Source of the DNA: Conidiobolus incongruus B7586 | Taxonomy: Eukaryota | NCBI GenBank assembly: GCA_000697335.1 | Contig: JNEM01006293.1 | Coordinates: 1 to 42,683, forward strand | Direction of reading: 5' to 3' | DNA length: 42,683 bases | Shown here: positions 22,486 through 35,872 of the stretch, piece after piece | How positions within the stretch are numbered: position 1 is the first letter of the stretch | Layout of the letters: the number at the start of each line of letters is the position of its first letter | Program-made: the position numbers and the translations under genes | The notes under the pieces: model-generated | Databases searched by the model: none | Seen by the model: only the letters and a program-made list of their open reading frames with translations | What the model was told of the DNA's origin: nothing

Positions 22486-25400
22486 ATGGAAGAGGGTAAC
22501 AAGATTTACTACTATTAAATTACTTATTCTAATTATTGTTTGTCAGATACAGAGTTTTGTAGAGTATGTCGTGGTGAAGGGACAGAAGACCAACCTCTCT
22601 TCCATCCATGTAAATGTTCTGGGAGTATTCGTTACGTTCACCAAGATTGGTAATTTACTTTTATATTTTAAAGTTAAAATTTACTAAATTTTTAATTAGT
22701 TTAATCCAGTGGTTGAGTCATAGTAGAAAAAAGTAAGTTGGATGATATACATTTTTTATTTAATTACTTATTTTTTATTTTAGACATTGTGAATTATGTA
22801 AACATCAATTTACCTTTACACCAGGTAACTAAAATATTAAAAATTGTTTAATATAATATAAATTGAGATATCGTTTAGTTTATAAAAATGATATGCCCGA
22901 GACATTACCGTGGTATCTAGTTGCTAAAGGCCTCTTTTTCCAACTTCTTTCCCTGTTTATTATATTTATTAGAGTGAATTTTGTGATTATTATATGGCTA
23001 ATATTTTTACCCAACTTTATTTCTAACCTAAGTAGAGGTTCTTTCCTATTTGTAAAAAGATTATTTAAATATTTCGCTGTACTTCGTCCCGAGCTTTTGA
23101 TTTACAAACCTGCTGATGTTGTTACAGAGGCTCCTAAAAATATTTCGAAAATACCAGGAATCAATTTAGTGCCCTCTGTAACATATCAATTCCTATTCAG
23201 TTCATCTGATGAACATTGGTCCAAATACGCTAAAATATCTGCATGGCTATTATCAGAGTCAATGGAAGGTATTCTAATTATTCTAAGTGTCGTAGTTTCC
23301 GGTCTTCTGGTATTCTTGATTCGTGAATGGGTTGTACAAAATAATTTTGAATTCAATGAGAATGGTGAAGAACAAGCTAATGGAAGAAATCCTGAAGCTG
23401 CTGGAGTCCCTGAGCGTCCACTCAGGGATAGAGCAGAACTTGTTGCAAATCTCCAAGAACAAGGAGAGCGCCTCATTAATGAATTAGCTAACGAAAACAT
23501 AAATCGCATACCTCCAATTAATCATCAGCCTGTTCGCTTTGGCAATCCCAATCAATATTTCCCAAATCGTCCTCAAGAAAATGATAGAGTAAATCAAACC
23601 AATTTTGACAATATCCCCAATCCAGATGCTGCACTTGTTACTCAACACGATCCATTCTTATCAAATCTGAATAACTTTGACCAACGACCTAATTTTGGTA
23701 ACACTGGGTCCAGCATTACGAACTTACAAAACGGTTTTGTTAATACTTCCAATGCTGCACAAAGTCCATCTCGCGCTCATTCGGCGGCTCAGATTCCATC
23801 CACTTCTGCAGGCTCATTACAACAAAATCGTCATGATTCCAATCCCTTTACCCCAAACACAAGAACTAATGATTCTGAATCATCTAACCCTCTCCAAGCT
23901 GCTCGTTTCCATAACGCCAATGTGAACAACGCAAATCCATTCAGCTCTCCTCAAAATACCGAAAATCAATTCCCTGACAACCCTTTCAATATCAACCGAA
24001 CTCCCAATCGTTTATCTGGTCCCAGTAGCACAAATAGAACTTTTAGTGGTTCATCCGGCTCTTCATCATCTCTTAGCAATAGAAGCTCAACAGCGGTATC
24101 TCAATCACCAACTACTACAGCTTATGCCCCCCAACAGCCAACTCATCGATACAATTTGAGAAGTCATAGAAACTTGGCAAACGCCGGAGCCAGTAATCAG
24201 CCCAGTGTTGATCCTTTTGTTGATACACATCAAAATACCGGACCTGATAATGATAATATAGGCACGAGCACTTCTCACTTTACTGTTCCTAATGACACTT
24301 CAATCGAAAATCAACCACCTCCTGATTATGTACCTGCAATTGAACGTCACCACGCCCAGCCCCGTCCACGCCCTAATCTGCCACAACCTCAAAGAGTCGA
24401 TCCAGAGCCAGTTGCACTTCCACCTCCTGAAATCATTTTTGCCCCAGATAACGGAAATGATGACGCTGCAGATCCAAGGATTAGAGAAGAAATTGATGGC
24501 TTGATGGAGGCGTTTGGTATTCGCGGTCCCTTGCTCCCAGCAGTGCAAAACTATGTCACTGTTTTGTTAATTCTCTCTATAGCTTTCACTATCTTCGCTA
24601 TCTTCCCATACTTTATTGGGCAATTTGCACTCCTCTTTGAGCCTGTTTCACTCTCTCAATCATCACTCAGGATACTTCAGACATTGACTGATCCTATCTT
24701 TGACCTCGTATTTGATGTTGTCATCCCTATCATTGTCAAAACTGTTACGCGATGCATCGAATTCATATTGGATTTGTTGCCCAATATAATCACTTCAGAA
24801 ATCTATATTCCCGAGTTCAAATTGAACTGGCGTTTAGTTGAACCTGCCATTTCAAATAACAGTACGCTAGGTACAGTTCCAGAGGCTGTATCCCAAGGGT
24901 TTTTCACGAGCTATATTCAGTGGTATGTATCGTTTTACCACTTCTGTAATCAAGACACTCTTTTTAGTCGATTCTTAGTAATCACTATGGGTTATATTTG
25001 TACAGTGATCGCTTTAACATTGTTTATTGTTATCCTTCCTTCTGAAAATCTTACTGATCCCAACTTGGTGAATCTAAGACGACAAATTGTCTTGGGAGGA
25101 TTGATGTTAAGAGTGACCATGTTCTTGGTTATGGAAATTATCTTATTCCCTACTTTCTATGGAGTCATCATTAACTTTTTATTCCTTTCAGTTTTCAAAG
25201 GAGTTACATTTAATTCTAGATATGAATTCATCATGCAAAATCCTTTGACTGCCATATTCGTTCATTGGTGTCTTGGAACTGTTTTCATGTTTCACTTTGC
25301 TACATTCCTTAAAAAGTGCCGTGATTACTTTAGACCAGGCGTCATGTGGTTTGTTCGCGATCCTGCCGATCCCAACTTCCATCCATTCAGAGAAATTCTT

Positions 25401-27036
25401 CATCGACCCATCCTTACTCAATTGAAGAAGATTGCTTACTCTTGCCTTCTTTATCTCTCTATCATCTTGATTTCTCGGATGGCTGTTGTCCCTACATTGG
25501 GTAATGTAGTTGCACCTGTAATTCCAGTGAGTCCAATTGAATCCAAAGAATTTGCCAAGCTCTATATGTGGTATCTGTTATTCCAATTGGTTCCCCCAAA
25601 TCATTACATATCCAATAGTCCCGTATGGCCATATCTCATTGCAAAATACCAAAATATGATGAAAGATATCGCCGCTTATTTACGTTTGAGCTCCTTTTTA
25701 TTCCACAATAGAAACTCAGCCGAGGAGGCTACCATGGTTCCTAAATCCTTCTGGGGATACTTGATTCCCTTCCCCAAGCCCGACTCACCTTTCCATGAAC
25801 GACGTCCCGATGGTGGCATTCTTTTGGTTCCCACAAAGGATCATATTGTCGTTGCACCCAATCGTCGTGTGATTATTCCTTTAGGACCTGATCTCAACCC
25901 TGTTGATCCTACCATTGAACTTCCCAGCTATCCAACTACAATGGTATATGCTCCACCTCATTTCTATCCTAGACTATTTATTTTTGTATTCTTAATGTTT
26001 TTCATTGGATTCGTTAACCTTAGTTTGATTTATCTTGTTCCAACTTTATTCGCTAGAAATGTTGTTTATCCTTTGGCTTCATATACTATTGGCAGTCCTA
26101 TTCCAAAGCAAGATGGAGTTGATTTCTTAGTTGGATTGATGATTCTCATCTCCTTCACATATATCAACAAATTTAATCAGGCCGAAATTCAACGTATCAG
26201 ACGCTCTGAACGTGCTGAATTTTCATTCAATATTCGTAAACTTTTCAAATTATTCAAATATGTAATTTACGATTTAATTCTATACAAATTAATGGTACTA
26301 ACGTTTTTGAATTATAGAATATTTCAGTATTATATATTGGGTTCATTGTGAATTTCTTCACTCCTACATTAATTGGATTCTTCTTGGAGCCTTATTTATT
26401 CTATGCTTTTGGCAAATATGACCCTGGGTTGAACTTTATCCAAGATTATGTCACTAAACAACCTCTTATTGTTGCCTTTGATGTAAGTAATAATTCACTT
26501 GAATTAGTTCATATTATTAATAATCATATTTAGAGATGGTTAATTGGTAGTATAGTCATTAAACTTACTGATGATGTTTTACTTCATTTACCTCCTAGTG
26601 AATTTTCGATTTGGTTCAATAGAGTAAGTGATTAAATATTATTACCAAAGATTCAATACTAACTATATTACAGAATTTCCACAACAGTGAAATTTTCCAT
26701 CACTCTTATAAAATTATCAACGAACAAGTTTTATTTCCAACAATTTTCAAACTTTTGTCAATGATTATATATCCCATACTAACCGCCATTGTGATCCATA
26801 AGTTCTTCCCGGACCAACCCATCCAAGACCTACTCCCTACTATCTATCAAGTGAACTTTGGTGCGCTTGCTATGTTAGCTCTGGAAAGATACTTCAATAA
26901 TCATTTCCACGTTTGGATCAACCAAATTCGAGATGATTATTATCTGTTAGGACAAACTTTACACAATTTGGATAATACAAATACACCACCAGAGACTGTA
27001 GATGGCCCAACTCAAAACCACGCTCATGCCGACTGA
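22486..27036 (+). CDS. DOA10: ERAD E3 ubiquitin ligase Doa10/Ssm4/MARCH6, multi-exon
   Basis: Small 5' exons splice to a RING-CH domain [64 protein letters not shown]. Many TM segments follow, plus the TD domain ([12 protein letters not shown]...[18 protein letters not shown]) and C-terminal [14 protein letters not shown]. Confidence 0.95.
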
Positions 27037-27837
27037 TGATATAATATAATTTTTAATAAATATATTGTTTAAAAATAAATAAATGTATATGTCAGTTATT
27101 ATTATAAAATAACATATTTTTACTTTATATATGGATACAATAGATTATAAATCTAATTAATATTTTCATTTGATTTAATATAAATATTGTTTAGACTCAT
27201 TAGAATCTTATTAAATATTAAAAAATATGATAAATTGAATTGCCAAGTCAAGACAATATACTGATGGTTTCATTGATTATATTTTCTTTTTGATTGATTA
27301 TATCAAATCGGTAAAGACAGAAACCGAATTGTGAATATTGCAGATTTTTTTTCCTATTCCTAATTGAAATTGAATTTCAGGGTCTAATTAACCTTAGTTT
27401 TGCATATTATGCTGATTAATACCTATAAAATACATATATTACTACATAATCATTTGTTAATTTAGGAATATTTCTAATTTAACAATTTTGCCTATGCTTG
27501 CCACAATTTAAATTAAATATTTATCTCATTATAATTTGTTTAATCATAAAGAATATTCGATAGTTTAATGGTAGAATATGAAATTGGTACAAATAAACTA
27601 TATTATATCTTTACATGATATCATTTCAATCCATATTTTTGGTTTAGATTGTGTATAAAAATGGTTTGGGTTTGAAAAATGGATTAAATTGACTGTTTTT
27701 TCGTTATTAAAATTTTCAATTTCAGGAGAAATGATCAATTTGTATCACATATCAACAAATTCATTTAATTATAAATATCAAACTATTCATGCCTTATTTA
27801 TTTTTATTTAGATTAATTATATAATACATATAAAAAG

Positions 27838-29012
27838 ATTGATATACCATATGGAGTGTCCATTTTGTTAACAGTTTTATATATGCCTCTATTTGTTTTG
27901 ACTTTTTGGAGTTATGTTCAGTCGGTTTTTGCCGTTCCTTTAGCTCCTAAAATGGTATTTACTTCACTTAATTATTTATTTTATTTATTGATATTTATAC
28001 AATGATAATAAGTATGGGACGGAGGGAGAAACAATTTAACCATTCTAATGAATAATCCTCGCGATTCGAGCGAATTAAGTTCGGAACCCCTACTGTCCAA
28101 TATGAAAATTATCAAAGTAGAAGAGTTGAGATTGAAACATATTAAACTTGTAAATCTGATAAACCTGATAGATCGCATCATTGTTCTATTTGTGGAAAGT
28201 AATTTTATTTTGGTTATTTAATATTATGACTAAATATTAACATATTGTTTTTTTAGTTGTATATTAAAAATGGATCAGTAAGCGATATAACTATCATTCA
28301 AGTAATGAATAATGTTAATTACGTAATCCTAATTTTTTCAGATACTATTATTATAGTCATTTTCGATGATATTTTTTTACAAACATATTTAAAATATTTA
28401 AATATTAATAAATTTTTATAGGTTAAATAATTGTGTTGGTTATCACAATTACAAATACTTATTATTCTTTATATTTTATACCACGCTATTGACTTTATAT
28501 ATATTCACTGCTACTTTTCCAGGTTTTGTATACTATTTTTTTAATATTGGGGTAATATTTACACAATGATTGATGATTTTTATAGTATTAATGAATATTC
28601 AATAGGTTGTATATCTAGAAGAATTTCAATTGATATTTTTGTTAACAATTAGTGGATTATTTGGAATTGCTTTATTTGGATTCTCTATTATTCATATTTT
28701 ATTTGTAATTAAGAGTAAATCTACTATTGAAGATTTAGAAGGTGCTAGATCTAAAAAGTCTAGTCCATTCGATCTTGGAACTAGGTAATTACAAAAAGAT
28801 AAAATTATTCACATCATATAATGATATTATAATTTCAGACTTAATATAACTGAAATTTTTGGAAATTTTGGTATTAAATGGCTCTTACCAGTTCCTACCT
28901 CGTAATTAATTAGTATCGTTATCATTTTATATTTGTAAATAAAATATTTAATAAATCCGGTGATGGTATAAACTTCCCGATCAATGAAGAAAATTACTAT
29001 TTAATTAGTTAA
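27838..29012 (+). pseudogene. Decayed DHHC palmitoyltransferase (Pfa3-like); 5' boundary approximate
   Basis: Exons encode LTFWSYVQSVF, TCKSDKPDRSHHCSICG, CILKMDH, WLNNCVGYHNYKY, KSTIE, SPFDLG, NITEIFG, WLLPV, GDGINFP. Lesions: TAA or frameshift at 28143-28145, micro-exon 28357-28368 giving DHHFRW instead of DHHCPW, donor AT instead of GT (28369), and last acceptor AA instead of AG (28953-28954). Confidence 0.82.
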
Positions 29013-29237
29013 TCTCAAGTAAACTGATAATAAACTCTAGTCTATAATTAATGAAATGAATGACTGGAATTTATTTATTATAAAAATGTTTATTGAATAT
29101 ATTAAGGAAATTTTCGAAAATATATTAAAACAGTCTATTGAAAATATATAATTGAATTGGGAGAAATTAATGTGAAATATTATTCAAACTAGATCTTATT
29201 AAGTGAATCAATGTGACACCCTTTAATCTTTTAAATT

Positions 29238-29309
29238 GGGTGTTTAGCTCAGTGGTATAGCAATCGAATGTAGATCAATTGGTCGTTAATTCAAATCTGA
29301 GTATACCCT
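29238..29309 (+). pseudogene. Degenerate tRNA-Cys (GCA-derived; anticodon now reads GTA)
   Basis: GGGTGTTTAGCTCAGTGGTATAGCAATCGAATGTAGATCAATTGGTCGTTAATTCAAATCTGAGTATACCCT follows the eukaryotic tRNA-Cys pattern (TAGCTCAGTGGTAGAGCA..GACTGCAGATC..GGTTCAAATCC..CCCT, U73), but the T-stem/B-box is broken. Confidence 0.7.
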
Positions 29310-29899
29310 TCGTGAATCATTACTTTTATATATTTTTGATATCTGCTCTATATGTTGTATTCTATATATAATTATTAATTTATAAAATAGGTCATTTAAT
29401 TTGATTTATATATTTTATTTAGATATTTTAATACATTCAAATGCTTCAAATTCAATAATTCTTTGCTGGTCAATATCTGTATTTATAATTTGAAAAGCTT
29501 GAAGAATTATTTAGTGGTGCTTAAATCCAATCTATTATGTAAAATAATTATACATACTAACAAATAGCAATTCATACTTTTTAATAAAATTTTTTAATAT
29601 TGGTATAATAAACTTAAGTTCATTTTAAATTATGTAAAAAAGGAAATTATAACTAAAAATTATTCAATTTCTTAAAGAGAATTTTTATTAGTATATTTAT
29701 TAAAGTTTAATTTTAATCGTTTAAATTTTTATTTCAAACATTATCTTAAAAATATTTAATTCCACTATATTAATAAAATAATTCTAAAATTTAGATCCAT
29801 AATCCCATAATAAATAGTCTGATTCTATAGGCTATAAATTTTCAAGCCGAATTTTTTAACAATTTTAAACATTATTTAATATTAATTAAATTATAAATA

Positions 29900-32800
29900 A
29901 TGGTTAAAAATAAACAAAAAGAAAGTCAAACTGCACCAACTGGTAAATATGGTGGTTATAAAGGAAAATGGCAGAAAGAAAGAGAGGCTAAAAAAGTAGA
30001 TAGTTCCAATAAAAAACCTACTACCACAAATACTAAAACTACTCAACACATCAAATTTGATAACGATAAAACTGAAACTAAGACAAAATCACCATCTAAG
30101 CAAGTTACAACTAATGGCAAAAATACTACCTCAAAGACTGAAACTCACGCTAAGACACTTAGTAAAGGCAAGAATATGACACAGAATACACTCTATAAAG
30201 AAATTTTCAGTTTGGGAGGAAATAAAGAAGATTTTGATTTCTTAAATGATGTTGATAACGACGATATTGATCCCGATGACGAAGGTTGGGAAGATATTGA
30301 AGCTGATAACAAAAAAAAGAACTTCAAAGACAAAGAGACTTCTGAAGTAAGACATACTATTATTTTAGTTATTCATATTTATTAATATATTATTTTAGAC
30401 TGATTTATCTAAATTAGTTGCCAATATGATTGGAGAACTCGGATTAAAGGATTTTGCACTCTCTGACGATGAAGAGGAAGAAGCTCCCAAGCTCACTGAA
30501 AAGCAAAAAGCTAAGAATGCTGAAAATGAAAAACTCTCTAAAGAAGTAGCTAAACTCCTTAAAAATCCATCTAAGTTTGATAACGAAAACGATGAGGAGA
30601 TTGATGATGAACAAGACAATGAAGTAAAGGATGATAATGAGGAAGAAATGCCAGCATCAGTTGTTGTGAATCAAGAGGAAACAAGAGATTCCAATCATGA
30701 TGCTAGCTTCAATCCTTCAGAAAAACTATTCCGTCCACTTAAAAAGGCCTTGTTTGATGCTAATCCCTTATGGTATGAACTTCCATTGGATCCCGTTGAA
30801 GAAGGTCCCAAGTTTAGTGATATTGTTCTCAGCCAATTGAAGACTCAAGCCAAGAAATTGATTGATGAAGATATCGCTATTAGGAAGAAAAAGGAAGCTA
30901 GTACTCAGGACAACTCATTCTACGATTCCATCATGGCTAAGGGTACTTTGGTTGATAAAATTTCTGCTATCACTCTTCGCATTCAGGAATCACCATTCCA
31001 TCATATAGAGGAATTAGAAACTCTTGTAGGAATGGTCAAGAGAAAGAACAAGAGAGAAGCTGCACTTGCAGTTGCTAGTTTCAAAGATCTTTGTCTCAAT
31101 GGCTTACTTCCTGATGACCGTAAATTAAAATACTTTCAAGATCAACCTCTCTCAGGAGCCAATGTCACTAAAACTCATCTTGCCCTCTGGTACTTTGAAG
31201 ATTTATTAAAGAGGGCTTATTTCGACTTCTTACTCGCTGCTGAATCTCTAAGTCATGACCAAATTACTCATACTAAATTGTCCATGGTCACCTTATTTTT
31301 CGAATTACTCAAAGCTAAGCCTGAACAAGAGCAAAACTTACTCTCTTTATTGGTTAACAAATTGGGTGATCCTGAGAATAAGGTTGCTTCCAAATCCTCA
31401 TACCTATTACTCCAATTACTCAATACTCACCCTTCTATGAAATCAGTCATTGCTCTTGAAATCAACCAATTGTTATCAAGACCCAAGATCTCTCTCAGGA
31501 CCAAGGCCTACGCCGTCAATACTCTCAACCAATTTGTCCTAACTACTGGTGAAAGAGATTTGGCCAATTATCTCATTGAGCTCTACTTTAGCACTTTCAA
31601 CCATCTCTTGGCTCTTTCAGCTCAACCTGTTGAAAAGAAAAAGCGCCTTCGCAAAGATCGTAAGAAAGGCAAGCACAAGAAGAATAAGGTTCCTCCAGCT
31701 CTTCCCATCCCTGACGAAGAAGCCGAAACTGCTAAAGTCATTGCTGGCATTTTAACTGGTGTCAATCGTGCTTTCCCCTTCGCTCATCTCGATCCCGCCA
31801 CTTTACAAGGTCATGTTGACACTCTTTTCAAGATCACGCATACTTACAATTTGAACACTGTTATTCAATCCTTGAATCTTATCTACCAGATCTCAGGCGT
31901 TAAAAGAGATATCAAAGACAGGTACTACAGGATTCTCTATCAATCCTTATTGGATTTCCGTTTAATTCACACTTCTAAACAAGCCATGTATGTCAATTTA
32001 CTGTTTAAGAGTATGAAGAATGATGAAAAACCCAACAGAATATTATCATTTGTTAAGAGATTAATTCAAATCTGTCAATGGCACCAACCTCCTTTCATCT
32101 GTGGTATTTTGTATATGATTCATAAGCTCACCAATACCCATCCCATCATTACCGAATTTTTCAAGTACACATCAGAACAAGTTAAAGAAATCCGTAAGAA
32201 TTTAGAAGAAAACGGACAAGAGGTTGGTGATTACGATGGATTGAAGTTAGATCCTCAATACGCTCACTCTGAAACCTCTTTGTCCTATGAAATCACATCT
32301 TTGATCAACCACTTCCATCCTACCGTTGCTGTATTTGCTAACAAGCTCCTCAACAATGAGTCTATCGAAGACAACTCCCATCTCCATCTCCACTCACTCA
32401 TGCACTTCTTAGATCGCTTCGTCTTCAGAAACCCCAAGAAGGTCAACGAAGACGGATCTATCCAAGCCAAGGGTTCATCCATTATGCAACCTATCATCAA
32501 TCCTTACCAAAAACAAGATATGCTCTCCATGGATCGTGCCGTCACCTGGACTAAGGGCGTTCACACTGGTCTACCCGTCAATTCCAAAGAATTTATGGAA
32601 CAAGATCCCAACCAAATTGCTGCAGATCAACAATTCTTCTACAAATATTTCTCACTTGTCAAGAAGGCTAAGCCCATGCTTTCTACCAAGTCCAAGCGTG
32701 CTGACAGCGACGAAGAAGATTTCTTGGGTTCTGATATTGACGAAGATGAAGCTTGGGATGTTATTCGTAGCACTAATCCCGATGGCGATGGCGAAGAAGA

Positions 32801-33301
32801 TAATTACGATGATGAAGATGTTGATATGGATGGTTATTTCGATGATGAAGATGATCTTGATATGGATCAAGACGATGAAGCTGATGATGATGGTGATGAT
32901 GACGACGAGTCAGAATTGAAGAATACTTCTAAGGCTTTATCTTTTGATGATTTGGCTGGTGATGCTGAAGATGAAGAAGCTGAAGATGACGATGAAATTG
33001 ATGGAGAATTAGATGAAGTTGGAGATGAAGTTGATCATGACGAAAAAGCTGAAAATGAAGAATTTGACTCAGAGGAGGAAGATCTACCATTCAATCTAGC
33101 ATCCGACGATTCCGACGACGATTCTCGAGGTAATACCAATTATAATACATATTAGCATTGAGTACTAACATTTTTAAATTAGGTAACAAACGTAAACAAC
33201 CACCTACTAAATCCCAGAGTAAATCCAAGAAACATAAAAACAAATTCAAAGATTTGCCCATGTTTGCATCCGCCGACGAATACAGTCATATGTTAGATTA
33301 A
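29900..33301 (+). CDS. MAK21: Ribosome biogenesis protein Mak21/Noc1/CEBPZ (3 exons: 29900-30346, 30399-33129, 33183-33301)
   Basis: GTLVDKISA, LLPDDRKLKYF, PEQEQNLLSLLVNKLGD, ILTGVNRAFPF, HFHPTVAVFA, SLMHFLDRFVFRNPK, an acidic tail, and the conserved end LPMFASADEYSHML. Confidence 0.96.
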
Positions 33302-34079
33302 TTTATATATAAATATTTTAGATTTAGATTACAAATTAATAAAATCATTATAGATAATTCATAATTATTCATTAAAGATTTATTTTTAAATTTAACATAA
33401 CAATTGAGTAAAATTATTGTAAGAAATAAATCAACATTATTGTAATAAGTACAAGTATAATTTCAATTTATTTATAATTGATATTAAAATAACAAAATTT
33501 ATATGTGTATTTATTATGAATCAAATCTATATGATAGACAATAATACTCTAATAATTGAAAGACATATAATAAAAATATATGAAACAAGACAAATTCATA
33601 TCTGGTATAAAATTTCACATTTACAATAGATATCATGCATATAGTATTGTAAAAATATTCAAAAAAAATTCAAAATTAGAGCATGACTGAATGATATTTA
33701 GATAAAATTAAATGGCATTGAAAATTATTCAAATAATCGAAGGTTTCATACTTTGATATATCATATCTTATGGTCTTTATTTTTTATAATATATTAATAC
33801 AACTGTTTTTGATAGTGTACCCTAATTTTTGATAAAATAGTAAACTCTGTCTAATCAAAAATGTTATTTATTAATAAAAATTAATTATCAATCAAATGTC
33901 AATTAAATTGATTTAAAAGTATTAGTTTAAATTGAAAGAATAATGCTTAAATGCTGATTGAAATTTAAAAAATTTGGTGTTTAATTATAAAAACGAATAT
34001 TGAAGTTAAAAAAATAATTAAAATTATTGGATAAAAAAATTAAGAAGTTTGAAAATAAATATAAATATTCATTTTGAAC

Positions 34080-34152
34080 ACCTCCTACTAGGGATCCAAC
34101 CCAGAATCCCCGGATTAGGAGTCTGATACCTTATCCATTGGGCCATAGGAGG
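34080..34152 (-). pseudogene. Probable degenerate tRNA-Arg (CCT)
   Basis: CCTCCTA/TAGGAGG acceptor, TGGCCCAATGGATAAGG D-arm and anticodon loop CTCCTAA. The T-loop is TTGGATC (invariant C56 changed to G) and the anticodon stem has an A-C mismatch. Confidence 0.72.
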
Positions 34153-34540
34153 TTAATTAAATATTTTTAATTAGAATTTATTCTCTTTCGATATTGACCT
34201 TATTTTGATTGAACATATATGTTTTTATGTGATATTGTATTTAATTGGTACTTTTCGCCTTTGAAATAATTTAATATACTTATATTATTTTAATACTTTA
34301 ATATAGCTAAAATTATAACCTCTTATATTTTTTGATCCATGTTCATATACTCAATTTGAATATCTTTTTAATTTATCATCTTGTCCCATAATCAATAACC
34401 ATCTAAAATTCAATATAAGTTCAATCTATACAAGGTGATCATTTTTTATTGTAAAATTATCCATTAAATTACAAATATTATATTAATATTTTAATTCTTT
34501 AAATACATTAAATTTATATATATATTAGAATTTATTAATA

Positions 34541-34969
34541 ATGTCATCAGTAAGTTAATATAATTATTTAGTTTAAATTAATATTAAACTTTTATACAGT
34601 TTGAACCCGTCAATCCCAAACCCTTTTTACAAAGTTTAATAGGCGAAACAGTTAATGTTAAGTTAAAGTGGGGTACTGAATATAAAGGAACTTTACAATC
34701 CGTTGACTCCTATATGAACATTCATGTAATTTATCAAATTCAATATCAGTATATATTTAATTAATAATATTAATTATAGTTGATTCAAGCTGTCGAATAT
34801 GTCGATGGGACTTACGCTGGTACTTTAGGTGAAATTCTCATCAGGTTAATTTTATTCATATATTTAATATAATAATTGTATTAATTGATTTTATTTTAGA
34901 TGTAATAATGTTCTCTATTTGAGAGGTGCACAAGGTGAAGATGAAGAAAGACAAAATGAAGAAGATTAA
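34541..34969 (+). CDS. SMX3: Small nuclear ribonucleoprotein F (SmF), 4 exons
   Basis: Spliced product [76 protein letters not shown]...EED*. Missed by the ORF track. Confidence 0.96.
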
Positions 34970-35109
34970 TCAATTTTTATCTATAATATTGAAATAATCA
35001 AAATATATTATAATACATTATTACATTATTCTTTAATTATATTATTATCTTTAATATTTTGATTTTTAATTTATATAAATCACTAATATATAGATTAATT
35101 AATTAACGT

Positions 35110-35872
35110 TTATTGAAGTTTTTTAAATCTTGTTTGTTTTAAATTATCAACCAAATAATCGATATCTAAATCCTTCAATTCCAGGTAGCTGTTTGGGGAG
35201 AGCAACGGATATGGATGGTTCCTAGGTAATTGAGCAAATTCATATGCTATTAAATGATATTTCCCCTCATCTAAATTCACAGTGATAGTCTTTTTAATCA
35301 ACCCATCGATCTTGGGAATAAAAATCCCTTTCTGATTATCGATCCAGAATCTCTTAGGAATAACTCCTAGTTCATTTCGAGTACTTTGACTCATTCTATC
35401 ATACTCATCCATCTCTGCCACATCTTTTGGATGGTATTGCAAATCATGGGAGATAGGCTTATAATTAGCGATTAATTCACAATAAATTAAAAAATTTTCA
35501 TAGATTTTGCTAGGTGACCATAGTTTGCCGTCTGTCCATCTTTGAATCCTCTCTGTATTACCTACGCTTGAATCTGTATCGTTAGCCTTAAATACAAATA
35601 CGTAACCCCCAGATATTTCATTCCGTTGAGATTCTTTTAACCTGGATTTGATCATTGGAAGCTTGGATTGAATGCATCCTTCTTAATAGCTCGTTAGTAC
35701 TATATCATCAATTCTATACAATATTATATTTACCAATTACTCTTGCAGCATCTTCATCATTCATAATCAATCCTATTCAACAGTAAATTACTTGTATTAA
35801 ATATATACAAATACAATTATTACCATAATATGTACCAAAAAAGCCTTCAGGAATATTTTGTTTAATGCTCAT
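35110..35872 (-). CDS. WOPR (Gti1/Pac2, Wor1/Ryp1-family) DNA-binding protein, 3 exons
   Basis: Spliced MSIKQNIPEGFFGTYY|GLIMNDEDAARVI|EGCIQSKLPMIKSRLKESQRNEISGGYVFVF...IQRWTDGKLWSPSKIYENFLIYCEL...GLIKKTITV...YHLIAYE contains both WOPRa and WOPRb boxes. Confidence 0.9.

Noticed and set aside
23340..24500. Long N/P/S/Q-rich insert in Doa10 as a separate or novel domain
   Set aside because: Fungal Doa10 proteins commonly have a long disordered loop at this position, and it is in frame within the same exon.
28369..28421. U12-type AT-AC intron in the DHHC gene
   Set aside because: The donor is ATATTTT rather than ATATCCT and the intron ends in AG. A mutated GT donor is more likely.
29238..29309. 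Functional tRNA-Tyr (GTA)
   Set aside because: The body matches tRNA-Cys (U73, ..AGATC anticodon arm), it lacks the intron usual in eukaryotic tRNA-Tyr, and the T-arm is broken.
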